From contig NC_134026.1 in NCBI RefSeq assembly GCF_964204645.1, positions 25,640,150 through 25,704,149 of the forward strand: a DNA stretch of 64,000 bases. Reading direction: 5' to 3'. Shown one piece after another: positions 1-11,949 of the stretch (position 1 is its first letter; every line of letters begins with the position of its first letter). Under the pieces are notes generated by a model. It worked only from the letters and a program-made list of their open reading frames with translations. It was not told the DNA's origin and did not search any database. The DNA is from Tubulanus polymorphus. Its lineage: Eukaryota; Animalia; Nemertea. A program made the translations under genes and the position numbers.

Positions 1-32
1 TGGAACTTATTAATTAAAACTGTGTGTAAATA

Positions 33-3000
33 ATGCAAAGTTGTGTGACTGAACAATACACTGATTGTGCAATGCTTGATGAAACAGGTGCGTCACGTCA
101 ATCGCAGAAAAAGACAGATCTACAAAACCAAGAAATGATGGAAACCAATCTCATTGAAGAGAAGATGCAGCTAGGTCAAAGTGGCATTTATATGGGACTC
201 GAGGATTCGATGCCATCTTCTAGTCATTCACAAAATTATCTGGACTACAGCCACCACCACGACTCATCAGATAAATTTGACAATGACTCAATCGATGATG
301 CCCAAACTGACCAAATGATGATTGAAAAGAACAACAAATCAAGTCGTCGTAAACAATCGAAACCAATTCGGGTGCAGCATAACAATGCTCCCGATATGGG
401 TGAACATCATCCCGTTAATGAAACTGAAGTGGAACGACCAAAGAGTAATCCAGGATTTGAAAATGATTCTTCATCGTCATTTATGGATACAGATCATAGC
501 ATCGCTTGCATAATCTGTTCCGAAACGTTTCCATCGCAGGAACTCATGAAAGATCATTTCATGGCAGTTCACGCGACTGCCATGGCGGGTGGCACTGATT
601 TTAGGATGCATTTCCCAACCGAATATCATCGCCTCGGGCATGACATGCATCCTGAAAGCGATATGAAAGACCCATATGAGAATGAAAGACGAAATGAAAG
701 TGGTGGAAGCGGTGGTAGTGGAGATCAACAGGATAGTGGTGTCGAATCTGGCACACCATCGATGAATACTCAGTTGAAAGATAGCGGAGAACTGAATCCT
801 GGTGAGATAAACCGTTCGCAGAATGGCACGCGTATATTTCACCCTGATGCTTATTGCGAGCTGTGCGACCGTGAATTTTGCAACAAATACTTTCTCAAGA
901 CCCACAAGGCCAACAAGCATGGAATCTATGATAGTCCTTTGCCAATGGTTAGTCAACCAGGACCACTGCCAGCACCTATGTTTCCGATGTTCTTTTCTCA
1001 GCCTGGACCTCTTCACGCACCTCCTGAGCCAATCCCAACCAGCATGAGCTCAATGGTACCTCAACCTTCAGCTGAAAAACAGTCTCCACCTCTGCACATG
1101 GAACCACAGAAACAAATGCCCATTTCTGCTCCAGCTCCTGAATCGAATTCTTCTTCGCAGCAGAAAGATCTTGAAGATTATTGTGAAATTTGTCAAAAGC
1201 ATTTCTGTAACAAGTACTACCTCCGTAAACATAAAGCCGATGTTCACGGTATCCAGTCAGAGCCTCATTCCAAACGTCAGAGATCCTCCATTACCAGTGA
1301 CAGTTTGAAGCATTTAAACAACATGGCCACATCCCCTGTGTTGTTGCCTCAGAATATTCCAAATTCCATGACAAATGTTATGCTTATCAATCCATTTGCT
1401 CCACTAATGGCACTTCCACAAATGCCAAATGCCTCACTTCTGTCGGCACATCTACCTCAACTACCTCAGACTTCCACCCCGATCAAGTCACCTCCGCATC
1501 CACAAGCTATGATGGGCAATCAGAATGAACAACGCGATAACAACTCTTCTGCCTCACCTGGTGCCATGTCTCAGGATGAGCTCCGTCGCATGGGTGTCCT
1601 GAACACTGATGCATTTTGTGAACTTTGTCGCAAAGAATTTTGTAACAAATATTTCTTAAAGATCCATAAAGCAAATAAGCACGGTATCTATTCCTACGAT
1701 GACCATTTCTTGATGAATGGCATGAGACGGTCACCAACAGGACCTCCGCCTGTGAACATGTCTACCTCATCATCGCCAGTTGATCACTCGATGAACAATG
1801 CTCTCGATTTGAAAATGAACAACAATCACGAAAAGAAAGAATCTTCGATTTCGAATGAGCAAGAAACGCCGACGAAAGAAGAGCCAACAGACCAAGATCG
1901 AGAGAAGGAACGGGATTCTGATGCTAACAATCATAACCAAGGTTCACCAGCGGCTTTGTGTGATATCTGCAATAAAGATTTTGAAACAGTGCAAATGTTG
2001 CGTATTCACCATCTTACTGCACATGGCAGCTTCGTTGATGATCAGAAACCTTCGATGCCAGTGTTTGATGCAGAAAAACCAAGTACACAGCTACCACAGT
2101 CTCTGCCAACTGACCATCCATCACCAATTCCAGGAATGATGTCTGATGTTCCTGGAATGCCAACCATGTTTAGCAGTATGATTGCTGCTAAGCTTGCTGA
2201 CCGTGTTATGTGTGATTTGTGTAACAAGGAAGTCTGCAATAAGTACTTTTTAAAGACACACAAGATCAAGATGCATGGCGTGGATCCAAATTCATTCAGA
2301 GAAACTGGCCGAGAACGAGAGTCATGTAATAATTTGCCTGAGAAGTCGAATGTCATTGTTGAAAATAAAACTGCAACTGAACAACAAGAAAGGCTAGATG
2401 AATCGAAAACTCAGCAGCATCAACCTCCAGTGTCAAATCCAAGTCAAATGGTACAGGAACATTTTCCTCCAAAACCACAACACGATAGCAGCAATAGTAC
2501 CCCGATCAAGATGCAGCGTAATGAAGAACTGTTGAAAATGGGTATTGACCCTGAGGCTTATTGCGAATTGTGTAAAAAGGAATTTTGCAGTAAATATTTC
2601 CTTCGTACTCACATGTTCAACATGCACGGCATCCGCGTTGAAGGTCTTAAAGAGAAAGACATAAAGAAAGTGCATGAAAAACAAATGCGTGAAATCAAAG
2701 AACGCGAAATGAAAATTTTGGATCTGTCTCGACCACCACCTCCATTGCCCAGTCACGTCGCTCCTCCGCCACAGCATATGCATCCATTCACTTCTCTGCA
2801 AATGCAAATGCACGAACAATTTGCTCAGTCTCGTATGCGCCAAGAGGAGAGCAATGATAGCATGGACAATAGAAGTGTAACAAGTGACACTAGCGCAGGG
2901 GGTAAATCACGCGAACCTGCCAACATGATCCGCGTTAAATGTGACATTTGTAGTAAGGAACTGTGTAATAAGTACTTTCTGCGTACCCATAAGCTCAATA

Positions 3001-4367
3001 AACATGGTATTCTCGATGAATCCCTTGCACGTGAATCGTATTCAATGTTCGATTTTCCGAAGAACCTCATAGATAATTGGATGAACGGTCGTCCAACTTA
3101 TATCGATAAGTATGTTAAAAAAGAATCGTTTGAAGGTTATCCCCCCGAATTTAAAGGCAAATATGGACTTCCCGCAAGTCCTACCGAATCGAAACCGAGC
3201 GGATACGATTCTACTAGTCATTTACCAAATCAGCCATCGCCGCCGCCATCAAGCATGTTTGACCGACAGTGCGATAGTCCCGATGGAAGTACACCCCAAA
3301 TGTATGGCGAGTCGTGCCATATATGTCATCGTCGTTTTAAGAACTCCAAGTGGCTGAAAGCACATTTATATACCGAACATAACATTAAAGGCGAACAAAT
3401 AAGTGACATGAACGATGGTCCGTTTCAAGCATGTGAACTATGTGGTATGGTGTTTCCGGATAAATCTGTTCTGCGTATGCATCTCATGCAGGTACATCGT
3501 GTGCAAATGGGACCGATCATTTCTGAGATGCCTAAACCTCTCGATCTCGGTAAAACTTCTGTCGTTCCACACAAATCGAAAAGCATTGACGAATGTTTGG
3601 ACAATACGCAAAATTACGCAGCTAGTAACATAAGCCTCAGTTTGAAGCGAAAATATAGTAAGAACATCAAGCAGAAACTGCATTCATGCAGTCATTGCGA
3701 TTATAAAACACGTTGGTTATCGAATATATACTCGCATGAAGAGCGTAAACATAATATCAACAAGCAAACGCAGGGAAGATTCACGTGCAATAAATGCTTC
3801 AAATGTTTCCGTTATGAACATTCCCTTTACCGCCATGATATCGAATATCATAAAGGCAAGTTCAGTGGACTCATCAAGGCTAGTGCCTTGTCATCGTTAA
3901 ATCGTAGTTTGAAAGAAAAGAAGCGATTCCGCTGTGCTCACTGTCAGGAACGCTTCTCTAGTCGTCAGGATTGTAGGTTGCATATACGTAGCGCTCATAA
4001 ATCGCGGTCAGCGGGACCATCTCGTAAGTACCAGTGCCAAAAATGTGACTATTCATCGAATTTAACGAAAAACCTTCGCAACCACATGAAAATCAAACAC
4101 AAGGACACTCATATAGAAAATCTGCCCATCAACGGAGATGCCAATGCCAACACAACTGAAGTGGATGAAAATGAACTGCCCGTATCGTACGCGACACCAT
4201 GCGATCTGAAAACTCAATCGTCGTTTATTATGCAGCCGTTTACGCTGAAAGATGACACTATGGGTAACATGAAACAGTTTGTGACTGCTGTAGTGTATTT
4301 ACCTGTGAAACAGAAGATCAACGAAAGAGTCAACGTCACGTTTGAGCTGAGTCCGACTGAACAGTAA
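33..4367 (+). CDS. Large single-exon C2H2 zinc-finger protein (1444 aa, ~14 dispersed fingers), probable transcriptional regulator
   Basis: Uninterrupted ORF. Six near-identical fingers of type C-x2-C-x3-[FVL]-C-[NS]-K-Y-[FY]-L-x2-H-x4-H-G-[IV], plus about eight other CxxC...HxxxxH fingers. Spacers are Pro/Ser/Gln-rich and there are no TGEKP linkers. The true start is uncertain because the ORF begins at the window edge. Confidence 0.9.
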   Translation: MQSCVTEQYTDCAMLDETGASRQSQKKTDLQNQEMMETNLIEEKMQLGQSGIYMGLEDSMPSSSHSQNYLDYSHHHDSSDKFDNDSIDDAQTDQMMIEKNNKSSRRKQSKPIRVQHNNAPDMGEHHPVNETEVERPKSNPGFENDSSSSFMDTDHSIACIICSETFPSQELMKDHFMAVHATAMAGGTDFRMHFPTEYHRLGHDMHPESDMKDPYENERRNESGGSGGSGDQQDSGVESGTPSMNTQLKDSGELNPGEINRSQNGTRIFHPDAYCELCDREFCNKYFLKTHKANKHGIYDSPLPMVSQPGPLPAPMFPMFFSQPGPLHAPPEPIPTSMSSMVPQPSAEKQSPPLHMEPQKQMPISAPAPESNSSSQQKDLEDYCEICQKHFCNKYYLRKHKADVHGIQSEPHSKRQRSSITSDSLKHLNNMATSPVLLPQNIPNSMTNVMLINPFAPLMALPQMPNASLLSAHLPQLPQTSTPIKSPPHPQAMMGNQNEQRDNNSSASPGAMSQDELRRMGVLNTDAFCELCRKEFCNKYFLKIHKANKHGIYSYDDHFLMNGMRRSPTGPPPVNMSTSSSPVDHSMNNALDLKMNNNHEKKESSISNEQETPTKEEPTDQDREKERDSDANNHNQGSPAALCDICNKDFETVQMLRIHHLTAHGSFVDDQKPSMPVFDAEKPSTQLPQSLPTDHPSPIPGMMSDVPGMPTMFSSMIAAKLADRVMCDLCNKEVCNKYFLKTHKIKMHGVDPNSFRETGRERESCNNLPEKSNVIVENKTATEQQERLDESKTQQHQPPVSNPSQMVQEHFPPKPQHDSSNSTPIKMQRNEELLKMGIDPEAYCELCKKEFCSKYFLRTHMFNMHGIRVEGLKEKDIKKVHEKQMREIKEREMKILDLSRPPPPLPSHVAPPPQHMHPFTSLQMQMHEQFAQSRMRQEESNDSMDNRSVTSDTSAGGKSREPANMIRVKCDICSKELCNKYFLRTHKLNKHGILDESLARESYSMFDFPKNLIDNWMNGRPTYIDKYVKKESFEGYPPEFKGKYGLPASPTESKPSGYDSTSHLPNQPSPPPSSMFDRQCDSPDGSTPQMYGESCHICHRRFKNSKWLKAHLYTEHNIKGEQISDMNDGPFQACELCGMVFPDKSVLRMHLMQVHRVQMGPIISEMPKPLDLGKTSVVPHKSKSIDECLDNTQNYAASNISLSLKRKYSKNIKQKLHSCSHCDYKTRWLSNIYSHEERKHNINKQTQGRFTCNKCFKCFRYEHSLYRHDIEYHKGKFSGLIKASALSSLNRSLKEKKRFRCAHCQERFSSRQDCRLHIRSAHKSRSAGPSRKYQCQKCDYSSNLTKNLRNHMKIKHKDTHIENLPINGDANANTTEVDENELPVSYATPCDLKTQSSFIMQPFTLKDDTMGNMKQFVTAVVYLPVKQKINERVNVTFELSPTEQ

Positions 4368-5369
4368 CAAAGGTAACATAGATATTGTATATCTCACAAA
4401 GATGATTGTTAGAAAAAAGCAAATTATGTAAATACAATTAAATGACCATTCATTTTTGATTTTGGAGAACCAATACAAACTTTGTGTGGTAAAACCATTT
4501 ATGAAAATCATGAAAAAGACTGAAACCAAATCCGATGTTTCAAAATAGAATGAATGGTCTTGTGTTCATCTTGATTCCTCCACGATCGTGAAGAAATCAA
4601 GAGTTGCACATAATTCAGAATGTACAGTGTAAATACAAATGAATAATTTGACAAAAAACAACCTGATATACATTTTAGTGTAGGTTGTTATTAGTTACTG
4701 GTACATGTTGCTCACCTTCTGCCTGTGCAGGAATTTTAGCGCTCTAAATTCAGACAAACAAAAACCATAAATAGGTATAATTTAGGTAAATTCAGCTCCT
4801 AGAATATTCTTTTTGCATTGAGGTGAAAATACTCATGTTTCATTATCTGATTAGTTGTAGTGACTTTTTTGTGCTGATAAATTTGTATATTTAACTTTGC
4901 TGCAAACCACAAATACCTCAGCCTGTGTGGCGGCTTATCCGTGTCTAGATTCATTTTCAAAGATTTACCGACTTAAAACGTAATGAATGGAGAATATATA
5001 GGTGATTAATTGATTGATTTGTATATATTAATTATATTTGTTCGTTACGTATATTATCGCAGATTTAGTTTCATATAGTATACGTTTAGCTAAATTTAAT
5101 TTGAATGACCCAATGACACATCAACAAGATGTATAGCTCTATTCATATTTATAAGAAGAAATTGATTAAGTTTAACGCATTTGCAATATGATATAAACGA
5201 ATATTGAATGGAAGTAATCATTTATGAAGATTTGCTTCAGTTCAAAAACAGATCTATCACTTAATTAAAACAGTCAACACCCACATGTTTTGTGTTAGCA
5301 ACTTCAGAGTACCTAGTAGTACATGTACCCTGATATAAATTTCAACAATATATTATACACTTATAAAAG

Positions 5370-5476
<107 letters not shown>

Positions 5477-8400
5477 TATATTTATTATTCACTCGATTAT
5501 GAAAATGCACTATTTCACTTTAAGGAGACAATCATTCATAATAATGTTTAATAAAAATGAATAGATATACACAGTTTATAGAAACAAATGGTAGATTAAA
5601 TCATACTAGATATATTTCATGTAGTAAACATATTTGTTACTCCGGTAAATATTGAATTACCAGAAAAAAATTATTTATATGACCCTAAGGCACTTTGATT
5701 AGGTTTTAATTAGGTTTTAGTATAGGTTCACAATCGAACCTTGTTTGTACTTAAGTCGGATAGCTATATGGTCACCCTCTATGGTTTAAACACTGCATTT
5801 GCTGGTTCATTTTTGTAGTTTTATTATATGAATTTTTTAACAGAGTGTGTGATTTTACTTGTGTATATGACAGACTTTGTTTTCAATAGAGTATGATATT
5901 CGATCGGTTTGAAAAATGTCGATAGTTCTTTCATTTTATTGTACAGAGAGTGTATGAAGGAATTATTGATATATTATTGAGTACGTTTTTATATATTTCT
6001 ACCATATCTTCACATGTTTTTCGTACTAACATTAACACAACCTTGGGTGGTATTGTCGAAATGATATCGAAAGCCTTGAGTATCAGCACTGCATGTAATA
6101 ATGAATTATTGTCATAATCTATCAAGAAAAGATCATTCAATATGAATCTGTTGTAAATTGAAATGTGTCCACATCATCGCTAAAATCATTTACTAGAAAA
6201 TTAATGACCATTCGAGACTATTCGAACACTTTCAGTTATTAAGTATAAAGCGCTTGATTTTGTGGTGTTGCAAAAACTCCCTGATGAAAATTTCACTCCA
6301 TCATTTTAAGCGTCAGCGCAATTCTTCTGAGTGATGTTTAATTCACCCCGGCTATAAGTGTTCCACATCGACTGGCAAATTGGCTATTGAAAGGAATTAA
6401 ATTTGACTTTGGAAATTGAAATTTATCTTTTACATCATTGGGAATCAGTGATCTTTCATTAAACATGTAGAGGCAGAAATAACGCAGCGACGCATCGCGT
6501 CAATTCAGCAGCGATGAACAAGCAACGCTGGTGGCTTAAAATTTAAATTGAAGTGACAATCTCAATATTGCGTGCGTTAAAGTAAACTCTATGCGCAAAC
6601 AGCAAAAATTGTTTTCCATGAACTAGATGATTTGATCAAATAGCTTACTTCGCTGAATCACTTGCAATGTATTTTACTAGAGCAGTTAAACTGTGATGTT
6701 TAGGATTCGTCTTTACGGAGCTCAGACTCTAGAATATCTCAACAGTAGTCTCATAGGTACATACAGTCCCCTACAATTCTCTATTGTCTTTTTAATTGAC
6801 ATAATTTTTTGTCGAATTGAATATGACAGGATGGCTGGTACTATCAATGGACATGTAGGCTTTATCTGAGTCACTCTTGAGGAAATTAAATTACCCCAAG
6901 TCATGAAACGGCATTGCATTTGTAAGTTTTAGTTGTCCTGGCTAGCATCACCATTGACATTAATATGACTGGTATGGTTGATGATGCTATGTATGAATTC
7001 ATTTTTGAATCTTGATTGAATTCCGTGCAAGTATTCAACTCTTGTTCGAATGTATGAAAAGTGGATTATTGTATTACTCAGATGTTGTCGTGTAGCAAGT
7101 GTTACACAGTATTCGGCCGCATTAGATCACTCGCTTTACCGCGTTTCGATCTTGTAATTTTGAATTTCATTGCGTATAGACTGCGAGTTGACAATAATTC
7201 AATAGAAACTAGCCCATCTTACGTCACATGGTTGGCTTGAATCATTACATGCTCCGAGTCCAGTAGCTTCTTACGATAGATAATGATCTTAATTACAAAT
7301 AATTGGAAACCTGCATTTCAATAAATTATAACCACTGGCTGATGAATAACTCTATTCCACCATTGCAAATTGAAGATACATTCTCTCTAAGATAATACCT
7401 TATATCGTGTGTTGTGTGTTGTGTGCTAATAACATTTTCTGAGCTCATTTCTTTGTAAATTCCAGCATCGTAAAGATGGCCTTAAGGATGAGACTGCTTC
7501 ATTATGCTTCATAAGCGTATCGAAATTGGTACAGTTTATTTTTCGCGAAGTCTCATCGTTTTCGAGTAAAATGAGAGATGACGCCATTTTTAAAGAAGCG
7601 TACGAGATTAAAAACTGCGCAGCCATCAATTTTCTTGAGACTTTTCTCTTGTGTGTATTTGGTTTTCAATTCAATTCATGGTAAAAACGCGATACTGAAA
7701 TGCATGAATAAACTGGCTAAAATTGAAATAGTCTTGAGACTTGTCGTATGGCTCCGAAGATGCTAATTTAATGTCTCAAACGACCAAACCGCTAGCTCAG
7801 AAATTCGACTCCAGGTTCTCATGTTATTTGTAATTCAGATTAAATGGAAAGTTTTAACCAAAGATGAGTGTCATTTCATGTGGGAGTAAGAACACGATAC
7901 TAGATTGAAGGTCCTGATATATGTATACCGTGCGCTTGAAATGAAGGCAGATTTATTTGAAAGTGTGGGCAACTTTTGTTGAGACAGCACGATAAATTTG
8001 TTAGACACCATGTAATTGGAGATCAATTCAAATGTTATAGATTATAAGCGTATAGACATACTCAACATGTAAAAGTCAATATAGAACTTAGGAAATCAAT
8101 CGTGCTTATTTGACATCAGATTTGCTTTGTCAATGATTAAATTAGGCATTATTACATACCAGAAATGCTTGGACAATAATTCAGGCAATTTGAACAATGG
8201 TAATTCGATTATTTTGAATATTTTAGTTATGATATTTTGTAAACACAGTTGATCGAAAAGGAGATATTTATCAACGCGTACATTCAATGATTATAGCGTC
8301 GGATATAGTAAATATCTTTTGATATACGAGGATATATTCTGTGGCGTACTTCAAATTCATTTCACTTTTCTAAATTAAGTAGCGCTGATCCATGATGGCA

Positions 8401-11400
8401 ACTCACTGATTGGTACTGTAATGCATTGTGTCGCCTGAATGACCTCCGTGGCTTAATCGAGGCGTTTCTGAAATCATGATCGAATCGAAAAAGTTTTTTA
8501 TCGCATTTCATCTTCTTCATCTTAATGGATTTCATATTCCCCGTACTTCAGTATCTAATGCAGTTCATGCATCGCGTTCATAAACAATTCAATATTTCAA
8601 CGCATAACTGAAAATTTGTCTGCTTGGCATTTCACGCATGTTCTCGCTGTGTCACAGTTTAATTTTCAAAGACACTGCGCCGACAACACTGCCATGGCCA
8701 GAGCTGCGCGATTTAATTCCTGGTGAAACTTTTGCAAGACGCAAATGCATTATTGATCATCAAATTGGACAAGATTTATTCACTGGAGAATTTGAATTGC
8801 CCCATAAAGTATTCCGCTCCGGACATTTTTGGTTTCACAAACATAACGACTACATTTCAGCATTATGATTACCTAGCGATCTCGTGTGTTAGTATCTACA
8901 TGTAGACATTGACATTTGGTCTAAAAAGAACACTAATCAAAATTGAAGTAAATCTTGCGAGTGAAACAATTCAACTTCATTACGAAGCCACAGGACAAAG
9001 CCCACATTAAGTTAATGTAGGTTCTTGATTTAGGAGACTGCCAATGGAATTTTGTTTTTCTGATATTTCGAATGTATAGCGTGTAATCCGTGTTACAATC
9101 TTTTATGTACGTCAAATCAAGAGATTCCCTCTTAGTAGCCAGTCATTAAATGTATTGCAGTAGATTTGCTCTTATTACATTCGAAACAAATACAGTTGCT
9201 ATAGCCTGACAGAACTCAATTATTAGGAAACGTATACCTACTCATTTCAATGCCATTTCATAATTGAAACTTTGCCGTACTGTTATCTAATCAAGTGACT
9301 TTCAACAATTGGAAACCCATTGCATTTACTTCTGTAATTAATATTGGCGTATATTTAATTAAAATCTCACAGCCTGACTGAAATAAGCCGAAGTAAATTT
9401 GAATTCCCACTCACGGCGGCGATGAAACGGAATATACTGTATTCATTTTCATTTAGCATAATTTTGCCATGAGCTAATATATTTTCAATTTTCATTTGTG
9501 CCATTTGTTGGCTGGAACTGACAGCTCGAGTTTAAGTTCGAAGCAAGGCGAAAATCGCACAGTTTTCCGTCACTCGGTTTGAAGCTGAATATTTCAAACG
9601 AGAATTATCGAGTTATTTAACCAGTTCAGACATTAAACATCAATTTGTGTCGACGGTGGTATTTTTCCTCTGAGGTTCACAATTTTGAATTACGAGTGTA
9701 ATTTCGTGATGACCTTACTGGTCGAGATCCATCTCGCTTCAAAACTCATCAATAAACTAATGGTAAACTAATGACCACTTGGTCTTTACGGATCATTTTC
9801 TCCGGCAGAGCTAAATTAAACAGAACGATTTTGACGAATGTCCAAAAACCCGTTGGTTTCCTAATTTCACCTCAGTTATTGGACTCCCGCAGAAAACTCA
9901 GTAGTCTAAGTAGATCGGAACGTGAACTTTTGCCGGATATCTCGCTTGATTATATTGTTTCTATCATGGATATTTGTGATCTATATTTCTAATTAATCTG
10001 GCTAGGTCAGTCAATGTAATGATCCAATCAATAGCATGGAGCTAAGTTATCAATCAGCGAGCAGAAAATTGAAAATCATTAATTAGGCCCTCCCTCAAAA
10101 TAAGGCTTTCATAATGATTCCAGTACAGGGGGCAAGGGCCACGGACCGCTAATGACCAACTCGTCTTAATTATCTAATAAATACGAAAATCGATTTGACA
10201 TGTATTCCAGATTTAGAGACGGAAACATAATGAGCTGTTTCACTTGCGATGGAAGAATGAGTTTCTGGTTGATTGAATCGTTGATAATCAAACGATATTT
10301 TCTCATTAGGCTCTCATTCGATGGTCAAGTAAAATCGTGATCGGTTTTTTGTCGTTGAAATAATTGCCGTCTCGGGATTGAACGCGGATGCTCACACGAC
10401 GACGACGTGTTCTAATTCGGCGCGATCGGGCTGTATAAAAATCGTTGGCACTTATATAAAAATCAGATATCAGAGAGTTATTTTTCAACGCCGGATTACG
10501 GAACGATTCGATCAATTTTTGCACGTATCGCAGCTGTCATCTTGAGATGTATGCATCGCCGTGTCCGAGTGTAACAACAAAATCCATAAAACACCGAATT
10601 GTTTTGTCAATGTTGTCGAACTGTTCATGATTGATGATTTTAGAATCATATTTTTGGTCAGTTTATTTTTGAGGATCTTTTTTCGTCGTCGGTATATTCA
10701 GTCGCAGAATGAAATTAATTGCCGATGCATTGTTTCATAGACGCTAAGGACATCGTTTGCTTTTGTCCGAAGACAAGTGAAGGAAATTTATGCAAATTCT
10801 GCCCTCGGGGTTTTACGAAGACTAGCAATTTCCTGTTCACCCCACTATACTGTATGATTAAAATAACAGTTAACGCCAGTATAAAGTGAAAATTCCCGAA
10901 GGTGCTCTAATAGACAGCTGAAATATATTAAAAACTGCAGAAACTACACATGCCTTAGTCCATCAGCAAATCAACATCTTTTGCGTGTGATGCATCGTGA
11001 ATTTTCAAAGTTCGATTAGAATGAGTTGAAATGATTTAAATTTCTAAATCGATCAATCATTTAGTCAGGCTTTATTCTGATCATTCCTACTTATGTATAT
11101 TTCGGGATTATTTCATAATTAGCCCACAACGCACAACAGCTTTTTGAGATGAAATATCTGTCATTTTGATAAACTTAGAAAGCGTCCGATGCGGTTTGAA
11201 TATTTGCCAGCTCCATCGAATGTACATTAAGTATTATAAGCATCAAATATTCATAGCAGTGATTCAACAGTAATCCACACTGTTTACTGGTCAGTCTAAT
11301 TTACATTGCAAGAAATTTTGCTTATGCAAGCTCGCAGCTTTGGTAGTAAATTGCCTTCGGGTATTATATATATGTATGTGTAGATATCTATGAATAAACT

Positions 11401-11918
11401 TAAATCTAACTGATGTATATTCCAGTGGTATATACTGATCAATTACTAATTTCATCACCATCTAACAGTACATAAGTCGTGCTTTCTGCCTTCGGACAAG
11501 ATTAACCCTTTCACTGCAGTTTGATCGCGACGTTTTGCGTTGTAAGACGTTTTGTCGCGGCTCACTTATCTTGAATCTCATGTTATAATTGTAACTTGGA
11601 AGAGAATCATAACCATGACTAATTTGAGTGGGTGATGATAACCCTTCGAGTTCCGTAAACATGTCTATTCTGCCAGTGTACACGATGTTGTTGCTATATT
11701 GCAAATTTTGTGATTTTTCTTGCTTAAGCTTTATTGTATTCTATATATATATATATGCTATGATTGTTGCCTTTTTGCTTTGCATTTTAGCTTATTAATT
11801 TGTCAGTCATCACTACATGCCTGGATGTTTTGTCCTTGCTAATTGCAACCAACACTGGCATGTGGGGATGTCACTCGCATGCATTTATTTACTTAAAACA
11901 AAATATCATTAAAATAGC

Positions 11919-11949
<31 letters not shown>

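Noticed and set aside
322-3683. Alternative-frame and antisense ORFs inside the zinc-finger gene
   Set aside because: Shadow ORFs with no recognisable motifs.
6943-6989. Hairpin tagcatca...tgatgcta as a miRNA candidate
   Set aside because: The stem is short and interrupted, and matches no conserved miRNA I recognise.
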